The notes beneath the pieces were generated by a model, which saw only the letters and a list, made by a program, of their open reading frames with translations, had not been told where the DNA came from and did no database searches. Shown in pieces: positions 1 to 15,896 of a DNA stretch of 64,000 bases. This DNA is from the human T2T-CHM13v2.0 reference genome, Homo sapiens: the NCBI RefSeq assembly GCF_009914755.1, contig NC_060931.1; one strand, given 5' to 3'. Numbering within the stretch: position 1 is the first letter of the stretch; every line of letters starts with the position of its first letter. A program made the position numbers and the translations under genes.

Positions 1-495
1 ACTCCCTGGGATGAAAGAAAGAGAGCAGGAATTAGCCATTTGTAGCTTTTACAGCACCACCTTTATCAATATATTCCCATTTAAAAATATCCTTTTATCT
101 GCATTGCAAAAATGAAATTATATAGCCATTACCAAAATTAGATAGGAGATTCATTGGATCAGAAGTGCTTTCTTTCTAATCCTTAAATGACCAAAGGGTT
201 CTTCTTTGATAATTCTATAACAGAGTTAAAATTCCTTTTATCCTGAAATGTTACAGATAGGAGATTAACCTAGTTATGCTTCACCCATGTAAGGAGTGCA
301 TGTCTCACAGAATCAGGCAACAGCAACAGAGGTGTCTGATGTAGGAAGGTACAGAAGACATGAGACTTTCATGAATTATAGCATGACTCCTTAAATAATA
401 CAAAAGTACTTTACAAATAATTAGACTATTTTAGACTAGGAACTCTGATTTCCGGTTAAACCTTAAGTTGCTTCCTACTTGTTGATGTGTAATAA

Positions 496-858
<363 letters not shown>

Positions 859-1016
859 TGAACTTCTTTACAATTTAGTAATATTTTGATCACTTATTAA
901 TTATGGGCAAGGATGGCAAAATTGAATAGAAATACTAAAGTTAATCAGTAAACATTTGTTATATATCTACCATGCAGGATGTTTTGCAAGGGATTATGAT
1001 TTAAAATAAAATACCA

Positions 1017-1340
1017 GACCAGGCATGTGGCTCAGGCCTGCAATTCCAGCCCTTTGAGGGGCCAAGGCTGGCGGATCGCTTGAGCCCAGCAGTTCGAGAT
1101 CAGCCTGGGCAACACTGCAAAATCCTGTCTCTACAAGAAAATACAAAAGTTAGCTGGGTGTGGTGACATGTGCCTGTTGTCCCACCTACTTAGGAGGCTG
1201 AGGTGGGAGGATCTCTTGAGCCTGGGAGGTCAAGACTGCAGTGAGCCGTGATCATGCCGCTGCATTTCAGCCTGGGCAACAGAGCAAGATTCTGTCTGAA
1301 AAAAATAAAATAAAATAACATAAAATAAAATAAATAAAAT
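1017..1340 (+). mobile_element. AluJ, full length
   Basis: J-type motifs (ggaggatctcttgagcctgggaggtcaagactgc); (TAAAA)n tail; TSD aaataaaatacc. Confidence 0.93.
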
Positions 1341-1912
1341 ACCTGCCTTCTAATAAGATTACTTTTTAGTGTTGTTATAGGGATGAGATATATATCAAGC
1401 ACCGAACATGGTGAGTACTGAATAAATGCGAGGCAGTGTTTTCAAGGTAACTTCGTGTAACTAACACTTACACAGAATTTCAGAGAGAATAAGATAATTC
1501 AGACATATTAGTAATATTTGATAAACAGAGATTTCACTCTTTCCTCAACATAGTGTTCTGAGATTGAAATGAAGAGAAATATGTCAGTACATGAAAACTG
1601 TGAGTGTTTACTTTCAACTGTGAAAACGAAGCCAGATTTGGAACTAGTAAGGTATTCATCACAAAAATAGAACCTAATTATATGTAATTGAAGATAGGGC
1701 TTGATGCATGGCACTTATTTTAGAGATTCAAACATGTAAAATAAGGGTGACAGTGGTTTTTGAAGGTGCTTTAAATTTTATATCCATCTCAAAAATCTTA
1801 CACATGCTATATATACTTAAATAGACCAAATTCATTCTCATTAACCCACAAACAGCAATAGAAAGGCTCTGGGCTAGGAGAGAAACTGAGGTTTAGGTAA
1901 AAATTTTGCCAC

Positions 1913-2333
<421 letters not shown>

Positions 2334-2422
2334 GATTATACAGGATTACACGAGATAGTCTGTAAGTACTTGGTACATGCACAGTTGGTATTTATTTGCT
2401 GTTTGTCTAAAATTGCATTCTT

Positions 2423-2757
<335 letters not shown>

Positions 2758-3039
2758 CTCTAAAATTGCATTCTTATGCATCTTATAGAGAGTGAGATTT
2801 CAGTTTAAGGAGAAGAAAAAATATTTTCTACAGGACCATCCAAACATGTAAGTGGCTTCTCATGGGACAGTTTCCCATCACGGGAAAGATATAAGTCGAT
2901 TCTTAGTCATCCAGAGTGTTGAAGACAGTGTATCAGTTAGAGACTGAGTTTCAGTCCCTGTCCAACAGCAACTCAACTATAGGGGCTTCATCAAATAGGG
3001 ATTCCCAAGAAAGTTTTCACATAATAAGATGTGCTGAGT

Positions 3040-3433
3040 TGTGTCTTCAAGGCTGGTGTAGAAGCCTCCTGATGCCATCAGGGACCCAGGCTTCTTCTCT
3101 CTTCCGGCCTGTCATCCTTATATGTGGCATTCATCCATGCTGCCTGAAGATGGCTGCCCTACCTACAGCCTCACTTGCTCATTCCAGCAGAAAGAAGTGT
3201 CAAGGAGGAAGAGGTGGCTCATGTTGACAAAGCAAAACTTTTCCAGAAATCCTCAGCACATTCAGCTGAATTCTTATTGGACAGAACTGGGTCACATGAC
3301 CACTAATAAATGTGAGAGTCTGGGAAATTTAGTTTTTAGCTGGATTCAGTGGTGCTCTGAACAAACTAGGCATTCTGTTTGTGAGGAAGCAGGGAATTAT
3401 GGATTTGGGGTAGGAAACTAGCAGCATCTGCTA
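3040..3433 (-). mobile_element. MLT1J/K-like MaLR LTR
   Basis: atcagggacccaggcttctt...aagatggctgc...ggaaactagcagcatctgcta motifs. Confidence 0.7.
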
Positions 3434-3529
3434 TAAAAGGGACTCTGGAATAGGTGGGAGATTGGGCTAGATGAGCCTTCCAACTATAGGATTCAAAGAT
3501 GAACTTAATAGATTTCCTACCCTCAAAGC

Positions 3530-4065
<536 letters not shown>

Positions 4066-4080
4066 GCTATTCTTTTTCTA

Positions 4081-4190
4081 CTAGATGATAAGCTCTATGA
4101 AGGCAGGAACTGTGTCTTATATGTGTACCATGGTCATCTCAGCACCTGGTACACAGTACCCCTGTAATAGATCTTTGTTAAGTGAATTAA
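4081..4190 (+). mobile_element. L2 3' end fragment
   Basis: ctagatgataagctctatgaaggcaggaac...cagcacctggtacacagta...ttgttaagtgaat. Confidence 0.75.
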
Positions 4191-4369
4191 TGGAGGAGAC
4201 TAGTGCTAATGCTAGTCTATAAAGCTGATATAAAACATATTCAAAGTAACTGAGACTTGCCTTTTCTCAAGTGAAATTTGAGGCATGTATCTCAAGCACG
4301 TTCTGTAACAATGAGGAGGAGATACTACATTAAGGATTAAAAAACCTAAGGTATAAGGTAAGAAGTTGT

Positions 4370-4800
4370 TTTGATTAATGTTGTTAGTTGCAGACAACAG
4401 AAGCCGCTCTAAGGAGTTTAAGCAGAAAATGACTTATGACAGGGTTTTAGGGACCTTAGAGAACCACGACTGCTCCAGTAGTAACTCCCTTGTCACCACC
4501 ACTCACACCCAGCATTGGTTACCGGGGACTGGACATGAGAATCTCTGCGAGCTGCCCCAGAAAAATCACACATACTAGGTCTCTAGGAGGGGCCAATCTC
4601 TCTGTACAGCCACTGCTTGGCACCGTCTCCTTTCAAATGTCATGTAAATGTGTCTGCTCCTCAGAGCCTGGGTCACATTTAGACTTGTTGTGCAAGGGAG
4701 TCTGGGAAATGTAGTTTTTAGCTTTCCAGTTTCTGTAGTTCAAGCAGGTTTGCTTAAAGGAGATTGGTCAGAGTGCTCAACTAGCAACACCCTGTCTAGC
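4370..4800 (-). mobile_element. Old MaLR (MLT1L/M/N-like) LTR
   Basis: ttagttgcagacaacagaag...tgcaagggagtctgggaaatgtagttttt motifs. Confidence 0.55.
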
Positions 4801-7528
4801 ACAGAAGTCATTCTGAGCAACGGCATGCAGTTGTCCTACCAAGAGAGCGTGCAGGTCATAGAGTGGTGAGACCACTGGGAGGAGGTACTGGAAGACCAGG
4901 GGAACACAGGAAAGAGTTCAGGTCCATTTACACCAGGAGCCTGCCAGACAGGCACCCAAGAATGGACAGTGGGTTACTGATGGTCATAGAGAGGGGCAGA
5001 AGAGGAGAGGGGTGGAAGTAATTTTCCCTGGACATGCCCGGTGGATTGTGTGCAGAGGGAGACCTGCTTCTGCATTTCCCTTTGCCTGGTCACTGTCTCA
5101 GGCACTCAGTTTCAGACAGGCATGTGGCTCCAGGGAAGGCCATCGAGCTCACTTCAGAGCCCAGCCAGCCCCATCCCGGCAGAGTCAGGATGACAAAGGC
5201 AGGGCTCCTGTGGCCTGGCCCATGTGACCCCCAGCCAGTCCTAAATCTTGGGGCGTGGGAAGGAATAATCATGAGGCAAGGAGGAGACGGAACACCCTCC
5301 ACACTGAGAAGCCTTTGTTAGAACCTTCCAGCCATGAGGTCAGAGGAAGAAGCTGAGTGATCTCTTAAAAAAATATGTATATATATATTAGTTGGGGGTT
5401 TTCTTTTTCTCTTGTCTTTCTTTTCAATCTAGGTTTGTGTTTTATAGACTGTGTGATACAGGCAATGGGACAACTGGGCAGTTAGTTGGAACTGACCTTG
5501 CAGACAGCCAAGACGGCAAGCTGGGTGACTCAAGTTCAGAATGGGTTTTTTATAAAAACAAACAAACAGCCATGATTGATGTTTCCCTTCTCATCTTTTA
5601 TATATCCTTTTTTATGGGCAGTTGTGGAGAATTGGACTGGTTTACTGACATCATTTCTCTCTTTGCAGGCTGATTTCATCTTAGTCCTTTACACAGGTAT
5701 ACCTTCTGTAAGGACAGAATCTATCAATGCAACTTGCAGTATGCAAAAACCATTATCTAGAAACTGATTCAGTTTAATGCTATTAAATGCAATCAGAAGT
5801 TACCAAGCCTCTTACTGGAATGCTCTTCCAAATGTAACTTAATCCAATTTACCTTTCCTTTGGTATTTAAGTTCCTGACAGCCAGAGCAGACATTTCTCA
5901 GACAAGAGTGATTTGACTTGTAACACATGCCTTTTTTCTTTCTTTTCGTTCATTTCATGTAAACAATTAGGTGTGATGTTACAGTGAGCTTTCACCTTTA
6001 GGTTGTGGTCAGCTCTAGACCCAGTGAGAGACTGCCATGTCATAAACTTGATTTAAATGCCATGGGTGTGCCAGGTGTTTTTGGGTGAATGAATGAGACA
6101 TATGCCCTCAAGCCCCAGATAACTTCTCAGTCTATTTCAGGATCACTGAATCATGTGACAGTATGAGAACACTTTATCTCTAATAAAGCTGGAGTGTAAT
6201 GACTCATTCTCACATAGTTTTAATGTTTATCGATTTCAAGTGTTCTTTCTTGATAAGAAAAGGTTTGTATGTGAACATTCGAAAGAAGAGCAACAGGCAT
6301 TTTTTGTTCTTTCAATTTTAACACAAGTACAATATTTTAACCTTTACCTTGTGATTTTTGGGTGTATGCAGTGCAGCTTGCCTATAGGTGATTTAGTTGT
6401 TCGTTTCTGACCTCATTACAAAGAAGTGGTGGAAGCTGGGTGGATCTTTTCATTCCCCAGTATATTCTGCCAGAAGCTGGTGCTCATGGATCATTTGTTC
6501 AAGGACTTAAAGTTCAATTTCTAGTCAAGGTAAATTATGGCTACATCAGGCTGGTCTGGCACAGGTGATCTCGATGATCTTCTGAAAGCTGTCCATGTGG
6601 GCTCCAGGGTAGGGAACCTAGAGGAACTTAGGCAGGCCAGGGAGCCAATTCTATAGTATTTGAGGAGGAACCGATCGCCCCCCCACCACGATCCAAACCT
6701 ACCTACAGGGCCCTCTGTTAACCAAAGACCTTGTATTAGCAAGGAGTTCTGGCTGAAAATTCCTTTTGTCATTGGGGGAAACAAACCCTAAGCAATGTAT
6801 GTGATACTTTCTTGGAGCCCAGGCCATCTGGGTAGCATGAGTTTTCTTTAAATACATCCCGAGTAAGGCAATAGATTTCCTTCAGAGCATTTGGCAATTA
6901 AGACTGGGGCTGTCAACTAGGCTTACTGTTAAAAACCTGCCCTGCTTTCCCAGGCTGCCTGGTCTGAAATTCAGATGCCTCCACCAGAAAATAGGTTTAC
7001 TCACCCATTGTCTTGGCCACCATCTTCCTTGACCACACCTGAGTACCGTGAATGACCACCAACCCTCACTGAGGCCATTTGCCAGATGGCTCTAAGTGTG
7101 GTCCATCCTAGCCCTGGTTTCCATTTGGCTTGGTCACACCACTGTGTCCTATATGTGTCTTTCAATCGCCACTTCAGTGGCCTGCGGTCATCTCAATACA
7201 GCACATGTATTAAAAAAACCAAGCCCAGGGAGTATCTCACAGCAGTTTGGTGGTCTTCACTTCTTCCATATGCCAGTGTCAGCAACTCTGCTGTCCCTGT
7301 TCCTTGGGCACAACTGTTCTGACTGCTCCCTCTCCTCCACCATCCCTTCATCTTTTCTCCTTTCCACTCCTCCACATATCCCAGCACCTAGGTTACAGCT
7401 CTAATCTCTTGGGCCCTGGAGAATTATAACTGAAAAGATGTTTTTGCATCCAATCCATTGTCTTCTTTTTACACATGAGGAAATGGCAGCTTCAGAGAGG
7501 TTAGACAAATGACCCTGCTCTAAACTAG

Positions 7529-7946
<418 letters not shown>

Positions 7947-8019
7947 CCTCAGATTTATCTTGATGAAATACTACTTTCATCTCTCTCTCTTGCCTACAGA
8001 TTTTTGGTGGTCCCTATAG

Positions 8020-8138
8020 CTAGGACAACCAACTATGTAATTGTCATCCAAACTGGGTCTCTTGAGAGTGAAGGAGTTGCTAGAGCAACAGGGATAAACC
8101 AGGATTATCCTGGGAAAACCAGGACATCTGGATACCCT
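8020..8138. mobile_element. MER81-like hAT-Blackjack MITE
   Basis: taggacaacc...atccaaactggg...ttgagagtgaagg...aaaccaggacatctggataccct. Confidence 0.65.
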
Positions 8139-8908
8139 TTATATAGCCTAAGTCTTAAAGATTAGATGATCCCTTATGGAATTTAAGGTTTTCTACAATC
8201 AGGCCTCAAACTACACTTCTAAGCTTTGTGCTCAAGAGTCTACACAATATTTTGTTTGGTCCAGTCAATTTGCTCATCCTTCTTGGCTCACTTTCTGACT
8301 ATTTCTGCTTTGGGATCTGGAAGTGTTTCTCTGCTCGCCTCATCTTCTGTTTTCTCCACGGCCTGTTAATTCCCTTTTCTTCCATAAAGTCTAAGTCTGT
8401 TGCATCTCCCAGAATGTCTAGCTCCTCCAAAGTTGTGCACTTGCTATCTGTACTACTAATTTGACACTTCTGAGTAGTGAAATGAAGTGTTTTTATTCTT
8501 TTGAAGTAGTGAGGACACAGCTTCTGATTATTCCTTCTATAAATATGCCTGCTACAAAAGCGTGAGACCCACAAAATAACAGAGATAAAAACATAAAATG
8601 AGCAAAACTTTCAAAAGAGAAATCAGAACTTTATTTTACTGATGAGTGTGTAGAACTTAGAACTGTACAACCTCTGCAAAGAGGAATTTGGCATCATCTA
8701 ACAGAAGTACACATGCAATCCCACTTCCATCTTTCTATCTTTACAAGTGTGAAATAGCATATGTATTAGGTTATTGCCTGTGCCATTATTGTAATCCCAA
8801 AAGGTTGTAAACACCAAATGTCCAGCAATAGGGAACTAGTAGAATATAGACTGTGGTGTAGCACATAGTGGAGTACTATGTAGCTTAAAAAAAAAAAAAA
8901 AAAAGAAT

Positions 8909-9240
8909 GGGCCATGTGCAGTGGCTCATGCCTGTAATCCCAACACTTTGGGAGGCGGAGGCATGCAGATCACTTGAACCCAGGCGTTTGAGACCAGCCT
9001 GGGTAACATGGTGAAACTGCAACTCTGCAAAAAATACAAAAATTAGCTGGACATGGGGGTGTGCCCCTGTAGTCTTAGCTACTCAGGAGGCTGAGGTGGG
9101 AGAATTACTTGAGCCTGAAGTTCAAGGCTGTAGTGAGCCAAGATTGTGCCACTGCCCTCCAGCCTGGGTGACGGACTGAGACCTTGTCTCAAAAAAAAAA
9201 AACCCAAACAAACAAACATACAAACAAAACCCAAAACCAA
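8909..9240 (+). mobile_element. AluJ
   Basis: Sense Alu inserted in an L1 A-tract; (CAAA)-type tail. Confidence 0.92.
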
Positions 9241-9461
9241 AGAAGAAGGAAGATCTCTATGTGTGAGTGTGGAGAGATCTGTAGGATATAGAGAAGAGAG
9301 CAAGGTGCAAGAAGATTGGATATTGGGTGCTCCGTTTTGTGTAAAATAGGGTGTGGTAAGAATGTGTGTGTGTATATTCATTATATATTCACTATATAAT
9401 ATATATACATATGTCATATGTATACACATCTTTTATATTGGTACTATTTGCAAAAAGAAGT

Positions 9462-9755
9462 TGGTACAAACTTCAGTTATAAGATAAATAAATTCTGGGG
9501 ACCTAACATATAGCATGGTGACTATGATTAATACTGTATTGTATACTTGAAATTTGCCAAAAGAGTAGATCTTAAGTGGCCTCACTCTCCCACCACACAC
9601 ACAGCAATGGAAACAAAGTGTGGTGAGGATGTGTTAATTAATTTGGTTGTGGTAATAATTTCGCTATGTATACATATATCAAATTGTCACATCATACATC
9701 TTGAATATATGGAATTTGTATTTGTCAGTTATACCTTAGTATAGCTGGAAGGAAA
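9462..9755 (+). mobile_element. L1MA9/MA10-like 3' UTR fragment
   Basis: ttcagttataagataaataaattctgggga...gagtagatcttaagt...ttgtcagttatacctta. Confidence 0.8.
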
Positions 9756-9784
9756 ACAGTGGAAATATAGATGGAAACTAATGA

Positions 9785-10194
<410 letters not shown>

Positions 10195-10999
10195 TAAAAT
10201 ATCAGGTACTTTATTTTATAAAATTCTTTGTAAAGTAGCGTACATGTGATTAATTTTGTCATCTCTCATTGGCAGTATTTTCATTTGCGGAACTGGGTAA
10301 CCTTCTGGAGAGGAGCATCAGAGGTGTGCTTCAGAAAGCTTTTTGGGCCACTGAGTGAAGGTCCATTGCAGTGAGGAGGGGGGAATCTGGAGAAGGGGTG
10401 GCCATGGTGGGGCGAGGGAAAGGTGCAGAAAAAGTGCCCAGGGCTTCCACCTTCCAGCCCTGGATGTAGCTCTGCCAGCCGGGATCCCTTATAAGAAGCT
10501 TCCTTATGGGTCAGCTATTTTCTGACTCCATAGCTCAGTGTTTCCTCTTACTACCTTTAGCCTTCACGATTTTGGAGTACATTTTTCAGGTGAATATTTT
10601 ATTCAGCAGTGTGATTTTCCAGCCTGCTAATTCTGGACACCGGACCTGTTTTATGAGGTGGTGTCTGTGGTAGTTTCTCCCAATAGCAGAGGAAAGAAAT
10701 CCTTTGTTGCCCTCATCACGTTTCATCTCATTCTGACACATGTAATTCACAGCTCTTTGAGAATGTCATTTAGAAATAATCCCCAATTCATAAGCCACTT
10801 TGCAATTGTATTGTATTTTCTTTCTAGTATACTTTGACCCTTTTGATGGGGAAATTAGAACATGATTTTTTAATGCAGATTTGGGAATGACCTATTCAAA
10901 GAGAAACTCTGAAGGTGATAATGATACCCCCCCACCTACTTTTCAGTCATAATAGATATCCTTCATCAAGTGTCTTCAGGAATTCTCTATCCAGCTAGC

Positions 11000-11135
11000 T
11001 ATTTACTTTTTCTTGTGTTTTATGTATTATCTCCTATTATTCTCCAAACAACTCTTTTACAGAATGGGGAAGGACATGGAGGCTCAGAGAGGTTAGTAAC
11101 TTGCTTGAGGCCATGCAGCCTACTTAATGACCGGC
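11000..11135 (-). mobile_element. MIR
   Basis: ttttacaga...ggaggctcagagaggttagtaacttgcttgaggccatgcagc. Confidence 0.7.
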
Positions 11136-11729
11136 GGAGGGGGTTGGTGTTTGCACTGTATCCATTGCCTCCCTAACTTGGCCAAGCTCTGTCATTTCCC
11201 TGTCTGCTAGTACCTTCCACTTCATCTCCAAACCCATTGAGAGCAGTTGGCGGTTATCTTCACCTCCCCTGCTAGGACGCTGGGATTTCCTCCAGCAGGG
11301 CCCTGTCTCAGGTGTTCCTTCTTAGAACCTTGAGCTCCTGCTTACCACCCTAAGGACCACAAGTATTTCTCTAGCCCACACATGTTGTCTGGAGTATCTA
11401 TCCAAATGTACAATAATTTATTTTCTCTTGAAAACATTATCCCTCAGAATTTAGGACTTTGCCTTATACTGGAATCCTTACAAAGGTCTTTTGCCTTAAC
11501 TAGAACTATAGTTCACTTCTTTGAACCACAGAAAATATTTGGGCAGAACACATTACTGAAATTACTTCAAATAAATACCAGCATTGGATGCTCATAGAGG
11601 TCACCTAATGGAATGACTTTAAAAAGGAAGGAAATCTGCACAGTTTAGTGGTTATATATGGGCTCTGCCCTCACAAAATTGTATGTTAGATATCGTTATA
11701 CACAAACCTTTTAAAATTAGATTATTTTA

Positions 11730-12069
<340 letters not shown>

Positions 12070-12520
12070 CTAACTGCACAGAAGGTCTCTTCTGTGTATC
12101 ACAGTACTAGTTTGATAAGATACTTAGAAGGAAAACTTCAGGTATTTGGAATTAGCACCATGTAGAATATTTCATATCACAAATACACATAGTTGTTCTT
12201 AACACATGTCAAAGAAAGTGTTAACCTTGCTTTGTGTCACTTACAAAAGTAACCCTTGTGGTTAATACTTTAAACTATTTCTCTATACTAGGCTAAACTA
12301 AAGAGAGTGTATTAAAGAGAGTTAAATTATATCAGGATTAGAGTGTCAATTTAGATGATAAAGATCTTTCTTTGAAATCAGTAGAGAGAATAGATTAAAT
12401 ATAATTGTTTTCTTTGTGTTGACTTCATTCAATTCTCTAATCCTTTTCTTCTTTAACTAATTGTTTCTCTTACTTTTGTCAATTAAAGTGAACCTTCCTT
12501 ACTAAAAAGAAACTAGATTT

Positions 12521-12853
12521 TAATGGGTGTAGACTTTCAGTTTTGCAAAAGAGAAACAATTCTGAAGATGGATGGTGGTGATGGTTTTACAACAGTGTGA
12601 ATGTGATTAATGCCACTGACTGTATACTTGAAAATGGTGAAGATGGGGGTGCAGGGGGAGGGAGGGCATCAGGAAAACCAGCTAATATATGTCAGGCTTA
12701 ATACCTAGGTGATGATGGGTTGACAGGTGCAGCAAACCACCGTGGCACACGTTTACCTATGTAATAAACCTGCACATCCTGCACATATACCCCGGAACTT
12801 AAATCGTGAAGATGGTAAAATTTATGTTATATGTATTTTACCACAATTTAAAA
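12521..12853 (+). mobile_element. L1MB/MC 3' end (host of a nested L1P piece and, in its tail, the SVA)
   Basis: taatgggtgtagactttcagttttgc...gatggatggtggtgatgg...atgtattttaccacaatttaaaa. Confidence 0.8.
12647..12800 (+). mobile_element. 5'-truncated primate L1 (older L1PA/PB) 3' end
   Basis: gggagggcatcaggaaaa...gcagcaaaccaccgtggcacacgtttacctatgtaataaacctgcac; 15-bp TSD aaat(g/c)gtgaagatgg (12632-12646, 12801-12815). Confidence 0.88.
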
Positions 12854-12860
12854 TAAGAAT

Positions 12861-14694
12861 CCCTTCTCCCCTCTCCCCTCTCCCCCTCCCCTTTGCACGG
12901 TCCTCGTCTCCCCTTTGCATGGTCTCCCTCTGATGCCGAGCTGAGGCTGGACTGTACTGCCGCCATCTCGGCTCACTGCAGCCTCCCTGCCTGACTCTCC
13001 TGCCTCAGCCTGCCGAGTGCCTGGGATTGCAGGCACGCGCCGCCACGCCTGACTGGTTTTCGTATTTTTTGGTGGAGACGGGGTTTCGCCGTGTTGGCCG
13101 GGCTGGTCTCCAGCTCCTGACTGCGAGTGGTCTGCCCGCCTCGGCCTCCCGAGGTGCCGGGATTGCAGACGGAGTCTCGCTCACTCAGTGCTCAATGTTG
13201 CCCAGGCTGGAGTGCAGTGGCGTGATCTCGGATCGCTACAACCTCCACCTCCCAGCCGCCTGCCTTGGCCTCCCAAGGTGCTGAGATTGCAGCCTCTGCC
13301 CGGCCGCCACCCCGTATAGGAAGTGAGGAGCGTCTCTGCCTGGCCGCCCATCGTCTGGGATGTGAGGAGCCCCTCTGCCTGGCCGCCCAGTCCGGGAAGT
13401 GAGGAGCGCCTCTTTCCAGCCGCCACCCTGTCTAGGAAGTGAGGAGCGTCTCTGCCTCGCTGCCCATTATCTGGGATGTGAGGAGCCCCTCTGCCCGGCC
13501 GCCCAGTATGGGAAGTGAGGAGTGCCTCTTCCCGGCCGTCATCCCGTCTAGGAAGTGAGGAGTGTCTCTGCCCGGCCGCCCATCATCTGGGATGTGGGGA
13601 GCGCCTCTGCCCCGCCGCCCCATCTGAGATGTGAAGAGTGCCTCTGCCCGGCTGCGACCCCGTCTGGGAGGTGAGGGGCGTCTCTGACCGGCCGCCTCGT
13701 CTGAGAAGTGAGGAGCCCCTCCGCCCGGCAGCCGCCCCATCTGGGAAGTGAGGAGCGTCTCCGCCCGGCAGCCTCCCTGTCCGGGAGCTGGGGGGCAGCC
13801 CCCGCCCGGCCAGCCGCCCCGTCCGGGAGGTGGGGGGGCAGCCCCCGCCCAGCCAGCCGCCCCATCCGGGAGCTGGGGGGCAGGCCCCGGGTGGGGGGTG
13901 GGGGGCAGCCCCCATCCGGCCGCCGCCCCGTCCGGGAGGTGGGGGGCGCCTCTGCCTGGCTGCCCCGTCTGGGAAGTGAGGAGCCCCTCTGCCCGGCCGC
14001 CACCCCGTCTGGGAGGTGGGGGGCCCCCTCTGCCTGGCCGCCCTGTCTGGGAAGTGAGGAGCCCCTCTGCCCGGCCACCACCCCGTCTGGGAGGTGGGGG
14101 GCCCCTCTGCCCAGCAGCCCCGTCTGGGAAGTGAGGAGCCCCTCTGCCCGGCCGCAACCCCGTCTGGGAGGTGTACCCAACAGCTCATTGAGAGCGGGCC
14201 ATGATGACAATGGCGGTTTTGTGGAATAGAAAAGGGAGAAATGTGGGGAAAAGAAAGAGAGATCAGATTGTTATTGTGTCTGTGTAGAAAGAAGTAGACC
14301 TGGGAGACTCCATTTTGTTCTGTACTAGGAAAAATTCTTCTGCCTTGGGATGCTGTTAATCTATGACCTTACGCCCAACCCCGTGCTCTCTGAAACATGT
14401 GCTGTGTCCACTAAGGGTTGAATGGATTAAGGGCGGTGCAAGTTGTGCTTTGTTGAACAGATGCTTGAAGGCAGCATACTCGTTAAGGGTCATCACCACT
14501 CCCTAATCTCAACTACCCAGGGACACAAACACTGCGGAAGGCGGCAGGGCCCTCTGCCTGGGAAAACCAGAGACCTTTGTTCACGTTTGTCTGCTGACCT
14601 TCCCTCCACTATTGTCCTATGACCCTGCCAAGTCCCCCTCTCCGAGAGACACCCGGGGTGATCAATAAATACTAAAAGGGGAAAAAAAAAAAAA
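12861..14694 (+). mobile_element. SVA retrotransposon, full length (older subfamily, probably SVA_B)
   Basis: Degenerate CCCTCT head (12861-12890), antisense Alu-like domain (~12920-13290), GC-rich VNTR (~13290-14170), SINE-R (~14171-14670), AATAAA at 14664, poly-A; TSD aagaat. Confidence 0.97.
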
Positions 14695-15781
14695 GAATTT
14701 AAAAATTAAAAAAGTCAATTGACTGTTAAAAGCAAAAAAAAAAAAACAAGTTAATTTAGGTAGAGTAAATCATTAGACTTTTTAAAGGAGATCTGTTATT
14801 TCTTAGCAAAAATTTAATCTATTGGGAAATGATCTCAGAACTAACCATTTCTCTGAAATCATAGTGAAATCAGGAGTGTAGAAAGTATCCATTGTGGAGC
14901 CTTTGGGAAACTTTATGTTGAGTAAATGGGGGACGTGCTTTTAGAGTCTAGAGACTTTGAAGGAATAGGGACGGCATCATGGGCTGCCCTTCTGTGGTGT
15001 CTCTGGCTATTTCCCAGCACAGTCCACAACGCTGCCCCTATTCCTTCAACTTCTCCTGACTCTAGAAGCAACTTCAAGTTTCCAGAAAGCTCCAAGTTGC
15101 CTCCTGACTGTGCAGTCTCCCCATTTCCTCAGCACGCTCTTGGTTTCCTGCCTGGCTTCCTTACTCTCTGATTACTCATTGGATTTGCTATCTGATCTGT
15201 TGCCAAAGAACAGGGCACAACTTCCACTCGCTCTGCTAGACTTAGACTGGCCAAACCCACTCTCTTGAAACCTCTGGAAACCTCGTGCTCTTTTGAGTTT
15301 GACTTCTGCCTCCTTAAGGCCCCTGAAGCTGAGCAGGCTGTGAATGAATTAACAGAGCTTTGTAAATTGCTTAAGAGATGTGGGTAGACAATAGGGACTC
15401 CTGGAGTGAAGACAGAATGACTGAAATAGAAACTTTCTGTGGTTAGCATGGATGTACCTGCCTTTGTCACTCCCCGAATAAAGTTCTTTACTTTCTTGGA
15501 GGCAGGAGGCAGGCTTGAGAGAGACATGAGAGAAGAGGGCTCTCTCTCTGGTTTCGGAAAGCAGTGGGCTGGCATGTAGGGAGGAGAATCCTTGGGCCTG
15601 GTTGGTGAGTGACAGCTGAGGAGGAAAGGCTGTTGATGTCAGCTACTGTAGTACAGAGAGCATCCTCTGTCTTGATGGATGAGCGTAACAACAAGGAAAA
15701 GGCCCATGAAGTCTGTTTTAAAAGGTAAAAATTTGACTGTCACATGAGTGAAGAGTCACCTCAAGAAGACCCAGTACAGTA

Positions 15782-15896
15782 AGCTGAGCACTGTGACTTG
15801 TGCCTGTAGTCTCAGCTACTCAGTAGGCTGATGTGAGAGGATGAAAAGTTCAAGGCCTGAGCAAAGTAGCAAGACCCCATCTTCCCCCCAAAAAAG
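15782..15896 (+). mobile_element. Free Alu monomer (FLAM/FAM-like)
   Basis: gctgagcactgtgacttgtgcctgtagtctcagctactc...agcaagaccccatct, short A tail. Confidence 0.75.

Noticed and set aside
13290-14170. Regularly spaced repeats resembling a CRISPR-like array
   Set aside because: SVA VNTR units with no unique spacers, in a eukaryotic context.
13027-14229. Several long overlapping ORFs (up to 241 aa) on both strands
   Set aside because: All lie in the SVA Alu-like/VNTR domain; GC-rich tandem repeats lack stop codons.
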